Shown: positions 40,376-50,922 of the stretch, one piece after another
Numbering within the stretch: position 1 is the stretch's first letter
How the letters are laid out: each line of letters starts with the position of its first letter
NCBI GenBank assembly: GCA_965219575.1
Contig: OZ244779.1
Span: 2,220,769-2,284,768 of the forward strand
DNA: 64,000 nt
DNA from: Candidatus Oxydemutatoraceae bacterium
Lineage (GTDB): Bacteria; Pseudomonadota; Gammaproteobacteria; Poriferisulfidales; Oxydemutatoraceae
Reading direction: 5' to 3'
Notes under the pieces: generated by a model
What the model was told of the DNA's origin: nothing
The model's database searches: none
Seen by the model: only the letters and a program-made list of their open reading frames with translations
Translations under genes and position numbers: made by a program

Positions 40376-42046
40376 ATGTTTAGATTGATTGCTTTGATTG
40401 TTATTTATGCCGTAGCTACGACGGTGTCGGCGGATGTACGGCCGGGTGCGGCGGCGGTCGCCACCGCGCATCCTTTAGCGACCGCTGCGGCGCAGGAAAT
40501 ACTGGAGCAAGGCGGCAATGCTTACGATGCCGCAGTGGCGGCTGCCGCAATGCTGGCAGTCGTCGAGCCTTACTCTTCGGGCTTGGGCGGTGGTGGTTTT
40601 TGGCTACTACAACAAAGCGATGGCAAAGCACTGATGATAGATGCCAGAGAAAAAGCACCGTTGGCAGCACATGCAAAACTTTACTTGGACGATCAGGGAC
40701 AGTTGATTGAAAACGCATCTATCAACGGACCTTTGGCGGCAGGTATTCCGGGAGAACCTGCCGGACTCGCTTATATCTCGGAGCATTACGGTCGCCTCGA
40801 ACTTTCGCAGTCGTTGGCAGCGGCGATCAAAGTCGCACGAGACGGATTCGCGGTTGACGAAATATATCAAAACATGACAAAACTACGGTTGGATGCCCTG
40901 CGAGCATCGTCGGCAGCTGCGGACATTTTCTTAAAGGACAATCAAGTTCCGGATTTAGGACACCTAATTATACAAAACGATCTTGCGGAAACTTTGGAAC
41001 TCTTGGCACAACAAGGAGCTCGCGGCTTCTACGAAGGGGCTATGGCGGACAAATTAGTCGAAGGTGTGCTGGACAACGGCGGGATATGGAGTAAAGCAGA
41101 CCTCGCACAATATCAAATCGTAGAGAGAAAGCCTATACGATTCAATTATCGCGGTGCGCAAATCATCAGCGCGGCACCGCCCTCCTCGGGTGGCATCGTG
41201 CTAGGCATCATTTTCAATACGCTAACAAAGTTGGGTAGCCGAGAAACCGACTCGCTAACAAAGATTCACTATGCGGTAGAAGCAATGCGACGCGCTTACC
41301 ACGACCGTGCCCTTTATCTCGGTGATACGGATTTCGTCGATGTGCCGATTGACCGCTTGTTAAGTATTTCCTATGCGCGCCAATTGGCTCGGACTATCTC
41401 AGCCTCGAAAGCAACGCCTAGCGCAGAGTTATCGAATACCGATCGGGGTGTTTTAGAATCCGATAACACAACACACTATTCGATCATAGACGCCGACGGC
41501 AATCGTGTTGCCGCAACGCTTTCTATTAATTACGCTTTCGGTTCGGGATTCGTAGTGCCGAATACGGGTATCTTGTTGAACGACGAAATGGACGATTTCG
41601 TCGCAAAACCGGGGGTGCCCAATCTATACGGCTTGGTCGGTTCCGAAGCGAACGAAATAGCTCCCGGCAAGCGTATGCTGTCGAGCATGTCACCGACCTT
41701 CGTAGACGACGGCAGAAGACTTGCAATTATAGGCACGCCCGGCGGTAGCCGTATTATCACGATGGTGATGTCGGCAATTATGAATTTTTTAGAAAACGAT
41801 AGTGCTTCGGAAATCGTATCCGCCCCCCGTTATCATCACCAATATTTACCCGACGAGGTGAGCTTTGAGAACGGTGCCTTCTCCATTGACACACAACGTG
41901 CCTTGACCTCTTTAGGTCATCGTCTGAAACCCTACGACGGCACTTACGGCAATATGCAGGTTGTGATTTGGGATTACCTGCAAAATAAGCTGGACGCAGC
42001 TTCCGACCCCAGAGGAATAGGCAAAGCATGGATCGGCAGCCGATAG
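40376..42046 (+). CDS. ggt: Gamma-glutamyltransferase
   Basis: GGNAYDAAVA, PPSSGG, TTHYS, LLNDEMDDF, PGKRMLSSMSPT, GTPGGSRI, SDPR. Confidence 0.96.
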   Translation: MFRLIALIVIYAVATTVSADVRPGAAAVATAHPLATAAAQEILEQGGNAYDAAVAAAAMLAVVEPYSSGLGGGGFWLLQQSDGKALMIDAREKAPLAAHAKLYLDDQGQLIENASINGPLAAGIPGEPAGLAYISEHYGRLELSQSLAAAIKVARDGFAVDEIYQNMTKLRLDALRASSAAADIFLKDNQVPDLGHLIIQNDLAETLELLAQQGARGFYEGAMADKLVEGVLDNGGIWSKADLAQYQIVERKPIRFNYRGAQIISAAPPSSGGIVLGIIFNTLTKLGSRETDSLTKIHYAVEAMRRAYHDRALYLGDTDFVDVPIDRLLSISYARQLARTISASKATPSAELSNTDRGVLESDNTTHYSIIDADGNRVAATLSINYAFGSGFVVPNTGILLNDEMDDFVAKPGVPNLYGLVGSEANEIAPGKRMLSSMSPTFVDDGRRLAIIGTPGGSRIITMVMSAIMNFLENDSASEIVSAPRYHHQYLPDEVSFENGAFSIDTQRALTSLGHRLKPYDGTYGNMQVVIWDYLQNKLDAASDPRGIGKAWIGSR

Positions 42047-42071
42047 TCATGGAAAGTGCAGACACTTCTGC

Positions 42072-42445
42072 GACTGTTGAAAAAGTATCCACGAACTGTA
42101 GGGCCGGTACATTCCCCTCCTTTGGAGGGGTGGCAGGCGCAGCCTGACGAGGTGGTCGCTAGGGTCTTGCACAATGTCACGCCGATTGAGCCAGTAGGTC
42201 AATCGGCGGCTCTGTTCTGCCCGTAACGCGCTGGTTGGCACGATTTATACATTCATTCACCCGATTTATGGAAACCAAAACCAAATGGCGCAAGCGGTTA
42301 CGGCTGTGCAGAACGGCACTTAAGGGCAGACATATAAGTCTGCCCCTACGACTCGGTGGTTATCGTAAATTCAATGGCGCAAGCGGTTACAGTTGCACGC
42401 TGACGATACTTTCTCAACAGCCCCACGATGCGACCAGCCCTACAA
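42072..42445. repeat. Composite repeat array at the left flank of the T3SS cluster
   Basis: GACTGTTGAAAAAG...CTTTCTCAACAGCCCC enclosing all module types. Confidence 0.9.
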
Positions 42446-42459
42446 GGTCAATCAGCGGT

Positions 42460-43824
42460 TCACGGTCTGTTGAAATAATAGCGTCCCAATTCGCCGTCTT
42501 TCGAGAGCAAGATAAACTCTCGGTTGATTTCTTTTATGGTATAACCTTCGCCTAAGGTAGCTCCGATTGTATAACGTTTGCCGTCCTGCGTCTCTAAATA
42601 GACTGCCTCACCGAAGCTAACCGATTGTAAATTTATACCGGGGTCAAATTCATTTATCTGAGATTTTCCTTGATCTATGTCTGCCAGAAGCGGTCGGTTG
42701 TCGAATTTTTTTCTGAAATTCTCGGCCAGTGTCTCGAGTTGCTGCAGTTCGGTATCGCTTAATGTTTGCCAGATTAAATAAATTGTATGCTTATCTACAT
42801 TGATGCCGACCTTATCCGAGAGGCCTTGAGCTACCAGCATTTGATTAAGTTCATTCACGGCATCATCCATAGTGCGCACTTGGTTGTCGTAGCCTTGCAA
42901 ACCTTGCACATCATCCTTGATCACATCCAATGCGCGCGCCCATACCTCACTCTTCTCAACATAACCGGATAGCCTCACTTTGCCGGGAAAACCCGGTACA
43001 CCGCTCACTTCAACCTTATCGGTTGCGGGATTTAAGATTTGACCCAATATAACCGATGTTGCGAGTTTCAATCGTTGTGCAGAGTATAATTGTGTTTGCG
43101 CGGTGATTTTGGCTTTACCCAATGCTTCCATAAACGCGTCGCGTCGTTCGTCGGTGTCGGTATAGCCTTGTATATATAGCATTTCTCTACCGTCTCTGGA
43201 CACGGTACGCACCGTCGCATCGATGACATATTCCTCTATAATCTGATCGATTTCTACGCTTTGTGTCTCTAAGTTTTCTCCGGGAATGTCCGTCGTCGTG
43301 AAAACGACGAGTAGTAAACTCAACCCGATGCCGATTAAGGCGATGCCCACCGATAAGTAGATGCGATTTGCAGGACGGTCGCTGCGCCACAGCTGCTGCC
43401 ACAATGACGGGGACGGCTGTGGGCTATCGTCTTTCGGTGTTTCTGCCGCTGCCTGGTCTTCGACTTGCTTGAAGCCTTGTCCCGCACCCAGCAATTCTAC
43501 GGGCGGCCATGCTTCTTGCGCAGCACCCAACGCAAAGAAAAAAGTGCCTGTGGAAACAACTTGATAGGGTTTGATTTCAACCGTATCCGAATCTATCTTT
43601 TCGCCGTCCAAATAGCAGGGATGCTCTTTGGAAAGAATGCTTAAACCGACCTTGCCCTCGTTTATAATTATTTGGAAATGTTGCTCCGCCAAGCTGGTGT
43701 CGTGCAGGATGATATCGCAATGCTCATCTCTACCTAATAGATAAACACCGGAAGACAATATCGCCTCCGAACCTATATGGGGGCCGGTTAAAATCTTCAA
43801 AATCCAGTCATTACCTTTATCCAT
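42460..43824 (-). CDS. sctD: T3SS inner-membrane ring protein (YscD family)
   Basis: FHA-like LKILTGPH.GSE...CDIIL.D, single TM, periplasmic ring domains, C-terminal G...YL.T.DG.RY..GA.L..G. Confidence 0.88.
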   Translation of the reverse strand: MDKGNDWILKILTGPHIGSEAILSSGVYLLGRDEHCDIILHDTSLAEQHFQIIINEGKVGLSILSKEHPCYLDGEKIDSDTVEIKPYQVVSTGTFFFALGAAQEAWPPVELLGAGQGFKQVEDQAAAETPKDDSPQPSPSLWQQLWRSDRPANRIYLSVGIALIGIGLSLLLVVFTTTDIPGENLETQSVEIDQIIEEYVIDATVRTVSRDGREMLYIQGYTDTDERRDAFMEALGKAKITAQTQLYSAQRLKLATSVILGQILNPATDKVEVSGVPGFPGKVRLSGYVEKSEVWARALDVIKDDVQGLQGYDNQVRTMDDAVNELNQMLVAQGLSDKVGINVDKHTIYLIWQTLSDTELQQLETLAENFRKKFDNRPLLADIDQGKSQINEFDPGINLQSVSFGEAVYLETQDGKRYTIGATLGEGYTIKEINREFILLSKDGELGRYYFNRP

Positions 43825-43852
43825 CTCTAAGCCGTCTGTTATCAAAAAAAGG

Positions 43853-45610
43853 TCAGGGCGGTCCGGAATGGGTGCGCTTGGGCATATTCGGGTTTTGCGT
43901 CAACTGATTTCTCGGACGAGCCGTTTTTTGCTGCTTGGGCTTCGCCCTCGGATAATATCTATCTTCATAACTTTCATCGTCGCGCTTTAATATCTCCGCT
44001 TCGTCGACATCGGATTCAAAGACTACTTCGGATTCGACCAACTTGGGGCTGATTAAAAAGTAACGGCGAGTATCCAAATTGACCGTGTTTTGAACTCTGA
44101 ATAATAATCCGACAACGGGTAAATAACCCAATATCGGCACGCCTCTGTAACCCCTCGACTCCTGATTAACCTTATAGCCGCCGATGAGCAGGCTTTTCCC
44201 GTTGCTGACCATCGCTTGCGTTTTAACCGTGCTGTTCGTAATAGCCGGCACACCGTCGACCCTTTGATCGGCGGGAGATTGTCTCCCGTCTTGTATATCC
44301 AGAGTTAAAAGTATTTGGTGCGGGTCCTTATCATGATAAATCACATGCGGCTTAACTTTGAGCGTAGCCCCGTAGGTAATTGGCACCAAATCGACCGCTT
44401 CGCTCTCCGCATTCTGTGCGCCCAATCTCACATAAAAAGTCTGTTGATTAGAAAACTCCGCCTCGTGGTTATCTAGAGTCAACACCGAGGGGCGTGCGGA
44501 TATGTTCGCTCGCCCTTGTGTCTGCAGAGCCTCCAGCCTGATCCTGAATTGGCGACTTTGTGCGGCACTCATCTCGGTGATAGACAGTGCTGCTTGGGAA
44601 AACTCGAAATCTCCCGATTCGTAATTCCATTCTATGCCCAGACTTTCCGTTGCGTCGTCGTTGATATCTAAGATTAAAACTTCTATCTCTATTTGATCGA
44701 GTGGTTTATCGAGTTGATTTATCAGGGCTTCGTATAAGGGGATGCGCTCGGCTTTATCTCGTACGATGACCATATTCAATCGAGTATCTACAATGATATA
44801 GGCATCATCGGACCTTGCGGTTTGCTCGGGCGGACTTTCGGACTCGGGTGCGGGTTGTGCCGCATCGTCTTTAGCCTGTTCACCGTAGCTGGGAGACAAA
44901 CCGGTGCCCAGCAGTTTCTCGACCTCTTGCGGTTTTTTAACCGCACTATCACCACCTTCGGTCACGAAATAACCTACATTCATGATACGACCGAGTAACT
45001 GGGCAATATCCACCGTTTTCTGTTGACTATCGCTCGATGCATAGATGTATTTGAGTTTGAATATCTTCACTATATGATCGTCCAACGGTGGCAAAGTGCT
45101 AATTATCTTCGGCGGCTTATCGTCGGTGGAGTCCATCATCGTTTTCACCAGTTCTATAAATCTAGGCGGACCGGACAGTTCCATGCTATCACGGTTAGGA
45201 ATAAGCCTCCAGTGGTAGTGCGTTCCTATCACATTGAGCTCTTTGAGTGCGGCTTCGAGGTCGGTCGTGTCATCGGTAGTCGACGGGATAATCTCCTCTC
45301 CGATCTCGCCGGTGTTGTAGATGTACAGAACGGTGCCGTCGTAGAACCACATTAAGCGATAGATGCGCGACAGCATGGACAAAAAGTCCACCGCTTTCAT
45401 CGTCGGAAAATCACCGTTGACTATGCCTGCCACGGCAGGGCTGATCATCACCGGTAATTTTAATTCCGCAGCAAAATCGGAAATGACTTCTTTAATATCT
45501 TTGTCTTGTGCAAAATACCCGTAGCGATAGTCAATCCAAAGAGGCTGGGAAGATTGAGGATGCGTGGGGCTTATGACCATAAGCAAAAGCACAAATATAA
45601 ATATCCTCAT
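43853..45610 (-). CDS. sctC: T3SS secretin (YscC family)
   Basis: W....Y.Y.A, L.WFYDG.VLYIY, SGPPRFIELV, IF.LKY..A.D, RPSVLTLDN.EA, GKSLLIGG. Confidence 0.93.
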   Translation of the reverse strand: MRIFIFVLLLMVISPTHPQSSQPLWIDYRYGYFAQDKDIKEVISDFAAELKLPVMISPAVAGIVNGDFPTMKAVDFLSMLSRIYRLMWFYDGTVLYIYNTGEIGEEIIPSTTDDTTDLEAALKELNVIGTHYHWRLIPNRDSMELSGPPRFIELVKTMMDSTDDKPPKIISTLPPLDDHIVKIFKLKYIYASSDSQQKTVDIAQLLGRIMNVGYFVTEGGDSAVKKPQEVEKLLGTGLSPSYGEQAKDDAAQPAPESESPPEQTARSDDAYIIVDTRLNMVIVRDKAERIPLYEALINQLDKPLDQIEIEVLILDINDDATESLGIEWNYESGDFEFSQAALSITEMSAAQSRQFRIRLEALQTQGRANISARPSVLTLDNHEAEFSNQQTFYVRLGAQNAESEAVDLVPITYGATLKVKPHVIYHDKDPHQILLTLDIQDGRQSPADQRVDGVPAITNSTVKTQAMVSNGKSLLIGGYKVNQESRGYRGVPILGYLPVVGLLFRVQNTVNLDTRRYFLISPKLVESEVVFESDVDEAEILKRDDESYEDRYYPRAKPKQQKTARPRNQLTQNPNMPKRTHSGPP

Positions 45611-45630
45611 GGCATATCAATTTCCTTCCC

Positions 45631-47757
45631 TCACTCTTTTTCTTCGTACAGGCCATAATGATAAGTAAGATTTGTAATTTCAGGTACGGGAAATTTATCT
45701 CTAGTAGCACTAAATTGCTCGGGCTTTAATAGAAATTCCATATCTAATCCGAATTCACTGGCATCGCTATCCAACATTACGTCATAACTTGGATTCTTGA
45801 CGGAAGTATCGACATAAACCGGCGTAAATAATTTCGGTTTATTTTTCTCAAATTTTATTTTTACCGAAACCGAACCATCTTCATGTTTATTAAAATGATA
45901 TTGAAGTGGATCTTCACCGGAACCTACAAAAAAGCCATGAACCGGTGCCAGTTGTTCCCTCTTGAAAACTTGAAACACGGCCCCGACCGAACCTTGATGA
46001 AACTGCGAGATAGCGAACAGCATGTCTTTGTTTAACTCTCCGTCGGTAGTACAAAATTCTTTAAGCTGCTCTATTACTTCCGCTTCTGCCTTCGCAGCCG
46101 GTGATTCGTTAAAATAAGCGGTTGCGCGAACACCAATATCCTTTAAAAATTGTTTGGAAATACCATCTTCCTGCAAGCTATCTACCTTGCCACTGGACAG
46201 TTCCTTTTCTACATATTTAACTGCTGCATCGGAAAAAGTTCCACCTCCGCTCTGCCCCATGCGATCCGGAGTCGGTATTTTAATGCCGGTGTTTCGCATC
46301 AAATGAAGCGTTCTATCCTCTATCTCGGAAGCCGATTCCAGCGGTGCGCTTTGAGCCACGATTTCCGCTTCTCCCCCCGACTTGTTCAACATCGCCGCAG
46401 AGGCAAAGCCCAACGATTCCATCCATGTAGAAAATGTGTCGGCTGTTCGCAAACCGGATCTATAAAAATCGGGCAACGATGCTTCCTGCTTCTTATAGGC
46501 ATCGCTACCGGGAAAGGATAGCCGGTAATGGTTCGTTGCTCTGATATAAGAATTCAAAGCACCCGGTGTGGTGATCTGTCGGTGCATTTTATCCATCGTT
46601 GCGCGCCAATCTCCACCCTGTGCCATCATCATCAGTGTGCTGCGTTGTTCGCGAAGTTCACCGCTTAAATCTTTAATATCGTCTTTGGACTGTAAATCGG
46701 AAACCGCATTAGTGTATTCGTTGATTGCTTTTTCTAGTTGCGCTTCGGTTGAATTCGCATCGGCCATTGTTTGCAGATGAGGCTGTATCTGGCCCCCTGT
46801 CTCCCATGCCGTCTTGACTTGAGATACGGATAGCCCGCTCTTTATCACAAAATCCGTAACTTCGGTTTTTAATTTATCGTCGGAGATATTGAGAGATGCA
46901 ACAGCACTCTCGCCTGTTGATATTCGACTTCGGATATTCTCGGCTATTTCGGCAACACGTGCTTGACTCGGAAATTTAGGATTTTTGTCGCCTTCTTTAT
47001 ATATTTCTGCAGTAAGATCGGCTTCCATCTTTTCGTTCAGATAGTCGACGGTTTCTTGACTCATAGACGAAGCATGCCCCTTGATAATATAGTGCTTATT
47101 CACAACAAGTGCTGTATACGCCTGTACAGCCTCGGTTTGGAAAGCTTGCTTGGCAATAGTGTCCGCTGTCTTTTGGGAGACCTTGGTTTTACCGTTATCG
47201 CCTTTCTCCAGTATCTTGCTTTTTATTTGCTCGCCGGTGGCGGTAATATCTATAAAATCGCGTACTTCTGCCACATCGTCTTCGGACGAGTTATTCGGAA
47301 ACATCTCGGCTAAAGTGTTCGACAGTCCCGATTCTAAGTGATCCGTAGATTTCGGTTGAATTTCGGAGTCTCCTACCTGCACGACACCGTAACGAGAAGC
47401 AAGTTGATTATTTTTTTCCTGATTTGCTGCCTGTAAGTTATCAACCACCTGAAACGTTATAAAAACTTCACGCATATTCAGAGGTTTTTTTGAACTTTGA
47501 CTCAAACCGCCCGTACTAATCGCCTGAGATGTTATGCCCTCACCGTAGTGCGCACTCAAAGCATTGATAAAATGATTTCGGGTTTCGATATGCTGCTGAG
47601 ATCTATAGCCCTTGAACCAAGATACTATCCTTCCGAAAAAACGACCACCGCCTATTACCAAATTTCCCGATTTTGATAGATGTACGGTCGGGGCGTTGGT
47701 TCTTAAAGTGCCACTTTGACTAGAAAGGTCTCTATACGAATTAATATCAACCGGCAT
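45631..47757 (-). CDS. Candidate T3SS effector (708 aa)
   Basis: No Sec signal; Ser/Thr-rich N-terminus, then GRIVSWFK...R..F..AL...YG chaperone-binding-like segment; within the T3SS cluster near a CesT-type chaperone. Confidence 0.6.
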   Translation of the reverse strand: MPVDINSYRDLSSQSGTLRTNAPTVHLSKSGNLVIGGGRFFGRIVSWFKGYRSQQHIETRNHFINALSAHYGEGITSQAISTGGLSQSSKKPLNMREVFITFQVVDNLQAANQEKNNQLASRYGVVQVGDSEIQPKSTDHLESGLSNTLAEMFPNNSSEDDVAEVRDFIDITATGEQIKSKILEKGDNGKTKVSQKTADTIAKQAFQTEAVQAYTALVVNKHYIIKGHASSMSQETVDYLNEKMEADLTAEIYKEGDKNPKFPSQARVAEIAENIRSRISTGESAVASLNISDDKLKTEVTDFVIKSGLSVSQVKTAWETGGQIQPHLQTMADANSTEAQLEKAINEYTNAVSDLQSKDDIKDLSGELREQRSTLMMMAQGGDWRATMDKMHRQITTPGALNSYIRATNHYRLSFPGSDAYKKQEASLPDFYRSGLRTADTFSTWMESLGFASAAMLNKSGGEAEIVAQSAPLESASEIEDRTLHLMRNTGIKIPTPDRMGQSGGGTFSDAAVKYVEKELSSGKVDSLQEDGISKQFLKDIGVRATAYFNESPAAKAEAEVIEQLKEFCTTDGELNKDMLFAISQFHQGSVGAVFQVFKREQLAPVHGFFVGSGEDPLQYHFNKHEDGSVSVKIKFEKNKPKLFTPVYVDTSVKNPSYDVMLDSDASEFGLDMEFLLKPEQFSATRDKFPVPEITNLTYHYGLYEEKE

Positions 47758-47795
47758 TTTTCACTCTTTCTTTTCTGGTGAACATCCATGGCGAC

Positions 47796-48029
47796 TTAAG
47801 CCTTATGAAGGTGATGCCAGACCTTCTCAAGCACCAAAAGTGCGCTTTGCAAGCCTATTCTAACTTGATTGAGTGAAGCGTATTCTTCCGGAGCAACACC
47901 GTTGCTCAGAATTTTATCTATCTTCGAAATCTGATCGTTTAATCGGGCTTTTATTTTTTCCTTCAACTCTCCTTTATCATCGGTTTTGAGTTTTTCTTCC
48001 AAAGAAAATTCTAATTTTTCATCCGCCAT
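47796..48029 (-). CDS. YscE/EscE/SsaE-family needle co-chaperone
   Basis: 77 aa; LEEKL..D..G, G..PEEY..L......AL.V. Confidence 0.7.
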   Translation of the reverse strand: MADEKLEFSLEEKLKTDDKGELKEKIKARLNDQISKIDKILSNGVAPEEYASLNQVRIGLQSALLVLEKVWHHLHKA

Positions 48030-48071
48030 AAGTCTCTCTTTTCATTACTTAATGCCCAACCGTGATGAAGG

Positions 48072-48530
48072 CTAAACTTTCATCACGGTTGAATCTACAT
48101 CTTGATCGGCTACTTTGCCGCTTTGCGAGTGAGAAGCATTGAGATTCTTCATCCAATATTCCGCCACATTGATAAAATTCTCTAAAGATTGTTCAAAGTC
48201 CGACAAGTCCATTCCCTTGATTCTCTCGCTACAAATCAATGCAACCTTTCTCGAGATATTCTGGATTCCCAAAGTACATCTCTCGGTTTCTCCGTATATG
48301 TAATTAGCCTCCAGTAATTTATTCTCTACGCTCTCGGAACCGGCTACCGGCACATCGCCTAAATAAGAATACATATAAACGTATTGCTCATTGGGACTGA
48401 CCTCTATACTCACCGGGACTTCATCGAAGAAAAGATTGCATCGGCTATCCTCGTCCAAGCTCAGATCCGGCAAATTAATACCGGAACCGAAGTGCTTGAG
48501 TATGTTCTTAAAATCTTCTCTGTATGACAT
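48072..48530 (-). CDS. CesT/SycE-like class I T3SS chaperone
   Basis: Acidic 152 aa; L.LDE...C.L.FD, LLEAN, FE..LENFIN.AEYW. Confidence 0.85.
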   Translation of the reverse strand: MSYREDFKNILKHFGSGINLPDLSLDEDSRCNLFFDEVPVSIEVSPNEQYVYMYSYLGDVPVAGSESVENKLLEANYIYGETERCTLGIQNISRKVALICSERIKGMDLSDFEQSLENFINVAEYWMKNLNASHSQSGKVADQDVDSTVMKV

Positions 48531-48532
48531 AA

Positions 48533-49057
48533 TTATACCTCCTTTTGTTGATTACTAACTAACTCTTTAAGATTAACTGCGCGTTCGGCATAAGCTGCGT
48601 GTTCATTTTCTCCTTCGGCAATGGTTAACACCGTTTCCAGAGATTTTTTCGCGTTATCCCAATCCTTCATCGCAATATAACATTCGGCTGCATGGAAAGG
48701 TCCGTCGGGTTGCCCTACATCGAGCATCGTCGCAACACTATATGCCTTGATTGCAGGATCGTACTTCTTAAGTTTTTGCAAGCACGCAGCCCAACCCATC
48801 CAAAAGCGCCTATCGGTGTGTTCGTGTATAGAAAAGTATTGAAATAGTTTCACTGCTTCGTCAAAACGCCTTTGCTGATAAAGACTGTGTGCCAAGTGAT
48901 AGGCAGCTTCTACCTCATCTACCGTGAAACCTTTAATTGTACCGAGCGATACACCCTCTTCAAATAGATTTGTCGCTAAATCCTCTATTTTCTGCCACTT
49001 GGCATCGCTCTCCGGCAATGCCGATATTTCCGCAAGCCTGGCATGCAAATTCTCCAT
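48533..49057 (-). CDS. SycD/LcrH-family translocator chaperone (TPR)
   Basis: E..Y.LAH.LYQ..RF.EA..LF, RFWMG.AAC.Q, PFHAAEC. Confidence 0.9.
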   Translation of the reverse strand: MENLHARLAEISALPESDAKWQKIEDLATNLFEEGVSLGTIKGFTVDEVEAAYHLAHSLYQQRRFDEAVKLFQYFSIHEHTDRRFWMGWAACLQKLKKYDPAIKAYSVATMLDVGQPDGPFHAAECYIAMKDWDNAKKSLETVLTIAEGENEHAAYAERAVNLKELVSNQQKEV

Positions 49058-49081
49058 CCTATACCCCTACTTATAAAATAA

Positions 49082-50392
49082 TCAAGCAGAAGAACCTTTG
49101 GTTATCTCTTCGGTTACTTTGTTAGACGATGAAGCGATAGAAAATATGACACTTGCGTTGTCTTGCATATCTTGCAATATCTTTTTTAGCTTTCTAATTG
49201 TATTAGATTGCAATGCTTGTATTTGTTCTATAAAGGCTTTTTGATCGGCTGCATCGGCATCGGCCATCGAGGCATCGTGGTCGGCTTCCGCCGTTTGAAT
49301 GCCCTCGACACCTCCGGCAATTCCGGTGCCTGCCGATGAAACATTAACCAAATTACCGATACGCGCCGCAACTCTTTGAGTTCTGGTTGCAGATTTTTCC
49401 GTGATTTGTTCTGCCTCATTAGTATCGGAAGCTTCGTCGCTTGCCTCGCTCGCTTCCGAACTAGCCTCGCTTACCTCGGACTCGGCTTCGGTTCCGCTGA
49501 AACTTGTTTCCTCCACCGCATCACCGGCATCGGAAGCCGACGATGCAATATCTCCGATATCGGCACTCATCTCAATGCTTTCCGAAACACCTTCGGTCGT
49601 TTCGGCACTAATGTCTGCTGCGGCACTCGCGGTTTCCGCAGTTGCTGCCGCCATGTCTGCAGCGCTGGCACCTATTTCGGCACCGGCCGAGGTCGCCCGC
49701 GACACCGCACTCGCAATCGAAGTCACCATGCTCACGGCAGCACTACCACCGCTCGCCACAACGCCTACTAAACTCACTACTAAAATCGCCGCAGTTAAGC
49801 CGATCATCAAACCCATTGCGCCTTTCTGACCGAGATGCATAGCCTTCGCAAGTTTAGTTATACCTCCCGTTTCTTGCGCAACCATCAACCCGGTCATCAA
49901 CACGGCAGCCGCAAATACGGGTGCTGCTGCAGCACCCCCCGTAGCCACGGTTACAACCGCCGCCGCAACATAAGTGAGCGCAACACCGATCCATCCGAAT
50001 ATCTTTCCTAACAGACCATGATGTTTGGCTTTCTCTCTCGCTTTTATTGCTTTTTTTATGTCGTCTATTTGTTTTTTGTCCTTGGCCTGCGCATCGGCAG
50101 TCTGTGCTTTTACCTGCTCTTTTGCATCTTTTATACGCTCCGAAGATACTTTCTGCTCCACCGACATCAACAGCACAGTCATCACACTCGTTGCTATAAC
50201 TTTAGGTAAACTAAGGACAGGCCCGTCATTAGTCGTTTGACCGCCGTAAACTTGACCGCTGCCGGTATTACCTGCATCTACCCGCGGACCTTTGGGGTGC
50301 GATGTTGAAGATATCACCGCATCGGCCGGCGGCGGAGTGCCTTGCACCGAAGGTGCAGTGGATGTATTCAAGCCGATATCATCATTTGCCAT
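49082..50392 (-). CDS. sctE: Major hydrophobic translocator (YopB/SseC-like)
   Basis: Coiled coil, then GLLGKIFGWIG..AAVVTVATGGAAA hydrophobic region; flanked by two SycD chaperones. Confidence 0.85.
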   Translation of the reverse strand: MANDDIGLNTSTAPSVQGTPPPADAVISSTSHPKGPRVDAGNTGSGQVYGGQTTNDGPVLSLPKVIATSVMTVLLMSVEQKVSSERIKDAKEQVKAQTADAQAKDKKQIDDIKKAIKAREKAKHHGLLGKIFGWIGVALTYVAAAVVTVATGGAAAAPVFAAAVLMTGLMVAQETGGITKLAKAMHLGQKGAMGLMIGLTAAILVVSLVGVVASGGSAAVSMVTSIASAVSRATSAGAEIGASAADMAAATAETASAAADISAETTEGVSESIEMSADIGDIASSASDAGDAVEETSFSGTEAESEVSEASSEASEASDEASDTNEAEQITEKSATRTQRVAARIGNLVNVSSAGTGIAGGVEGIQTAEADHDASMADADAADQKAFIEQIQALQSNTIRKLKKILQDMQDNASVIFSIASSSNKVTEEITKGSSA

Positions 50393-50415
50393 AATTGTAT
50401 CCTCCTAATAGTCGT

Positions 50416-50892
50416 TCAATTACCGTGAACCGCCTCTATCAACACGCCGGCGTGATCCTTTATAGATTGATCATTGCTTTTCATTGCTTCGGTGGCGTAT
50501 TCCTCGGCTTCTTCGTTTCTACCCAACAAACTGCAACATTCGGCAAGTTGTAGATAAACTTCGTAAGTTTTATCGCTGTCGTCAAGGAAAGCCAATATAA
50601 AACTCAAGGTAGTCATCGCATCTCTGTATTCTTTCAACATTTTCTGACTATATCCCAAACCAATCCAATAATGAACATTATTATGGTCGTAAAAGCACAA
50701 TTGACGAAAAATCCTCATCGCATCTTGATATTTCCCATTTTCGTAAAAACGTTGCGCAACCATATACATGCTATCCATCGATTGCCGATCTATGCCTCTG
50801 GCTTCATGAACGGTCTCCTTGCCCTGCAGAACTTTGTCGGCATAATCGGACATCATTTGTGTTATTGATTCTACGATTTTAGAACTGTTCAC
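50416..50892 (-). CDS. Second SycD/LcrH-family chaperone
   Basis: MY..A..FY.NGKY.DA..IF..LC.YDH....YW.GLG. Confidence 0.85.
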   Translation of the reverse strand: MNSSKIVESITQMMSDYADKVLQGKETVHEARGIDRQSMDSMYMVAQRFYENGKYQDAMRIFRQLCFYDHNNVHYWIGLGYSQKMLKEYRDAMTTLSFILAFLDDSDKTYEVYLQLAECCSLLGRNEEAEEYATEAMKSNDQSIKDHAGVLIEAVHGN

Positions 50893-50922
50893 AAAAATAT
50901 CCCTCCGAGCACCTTAGAATGT

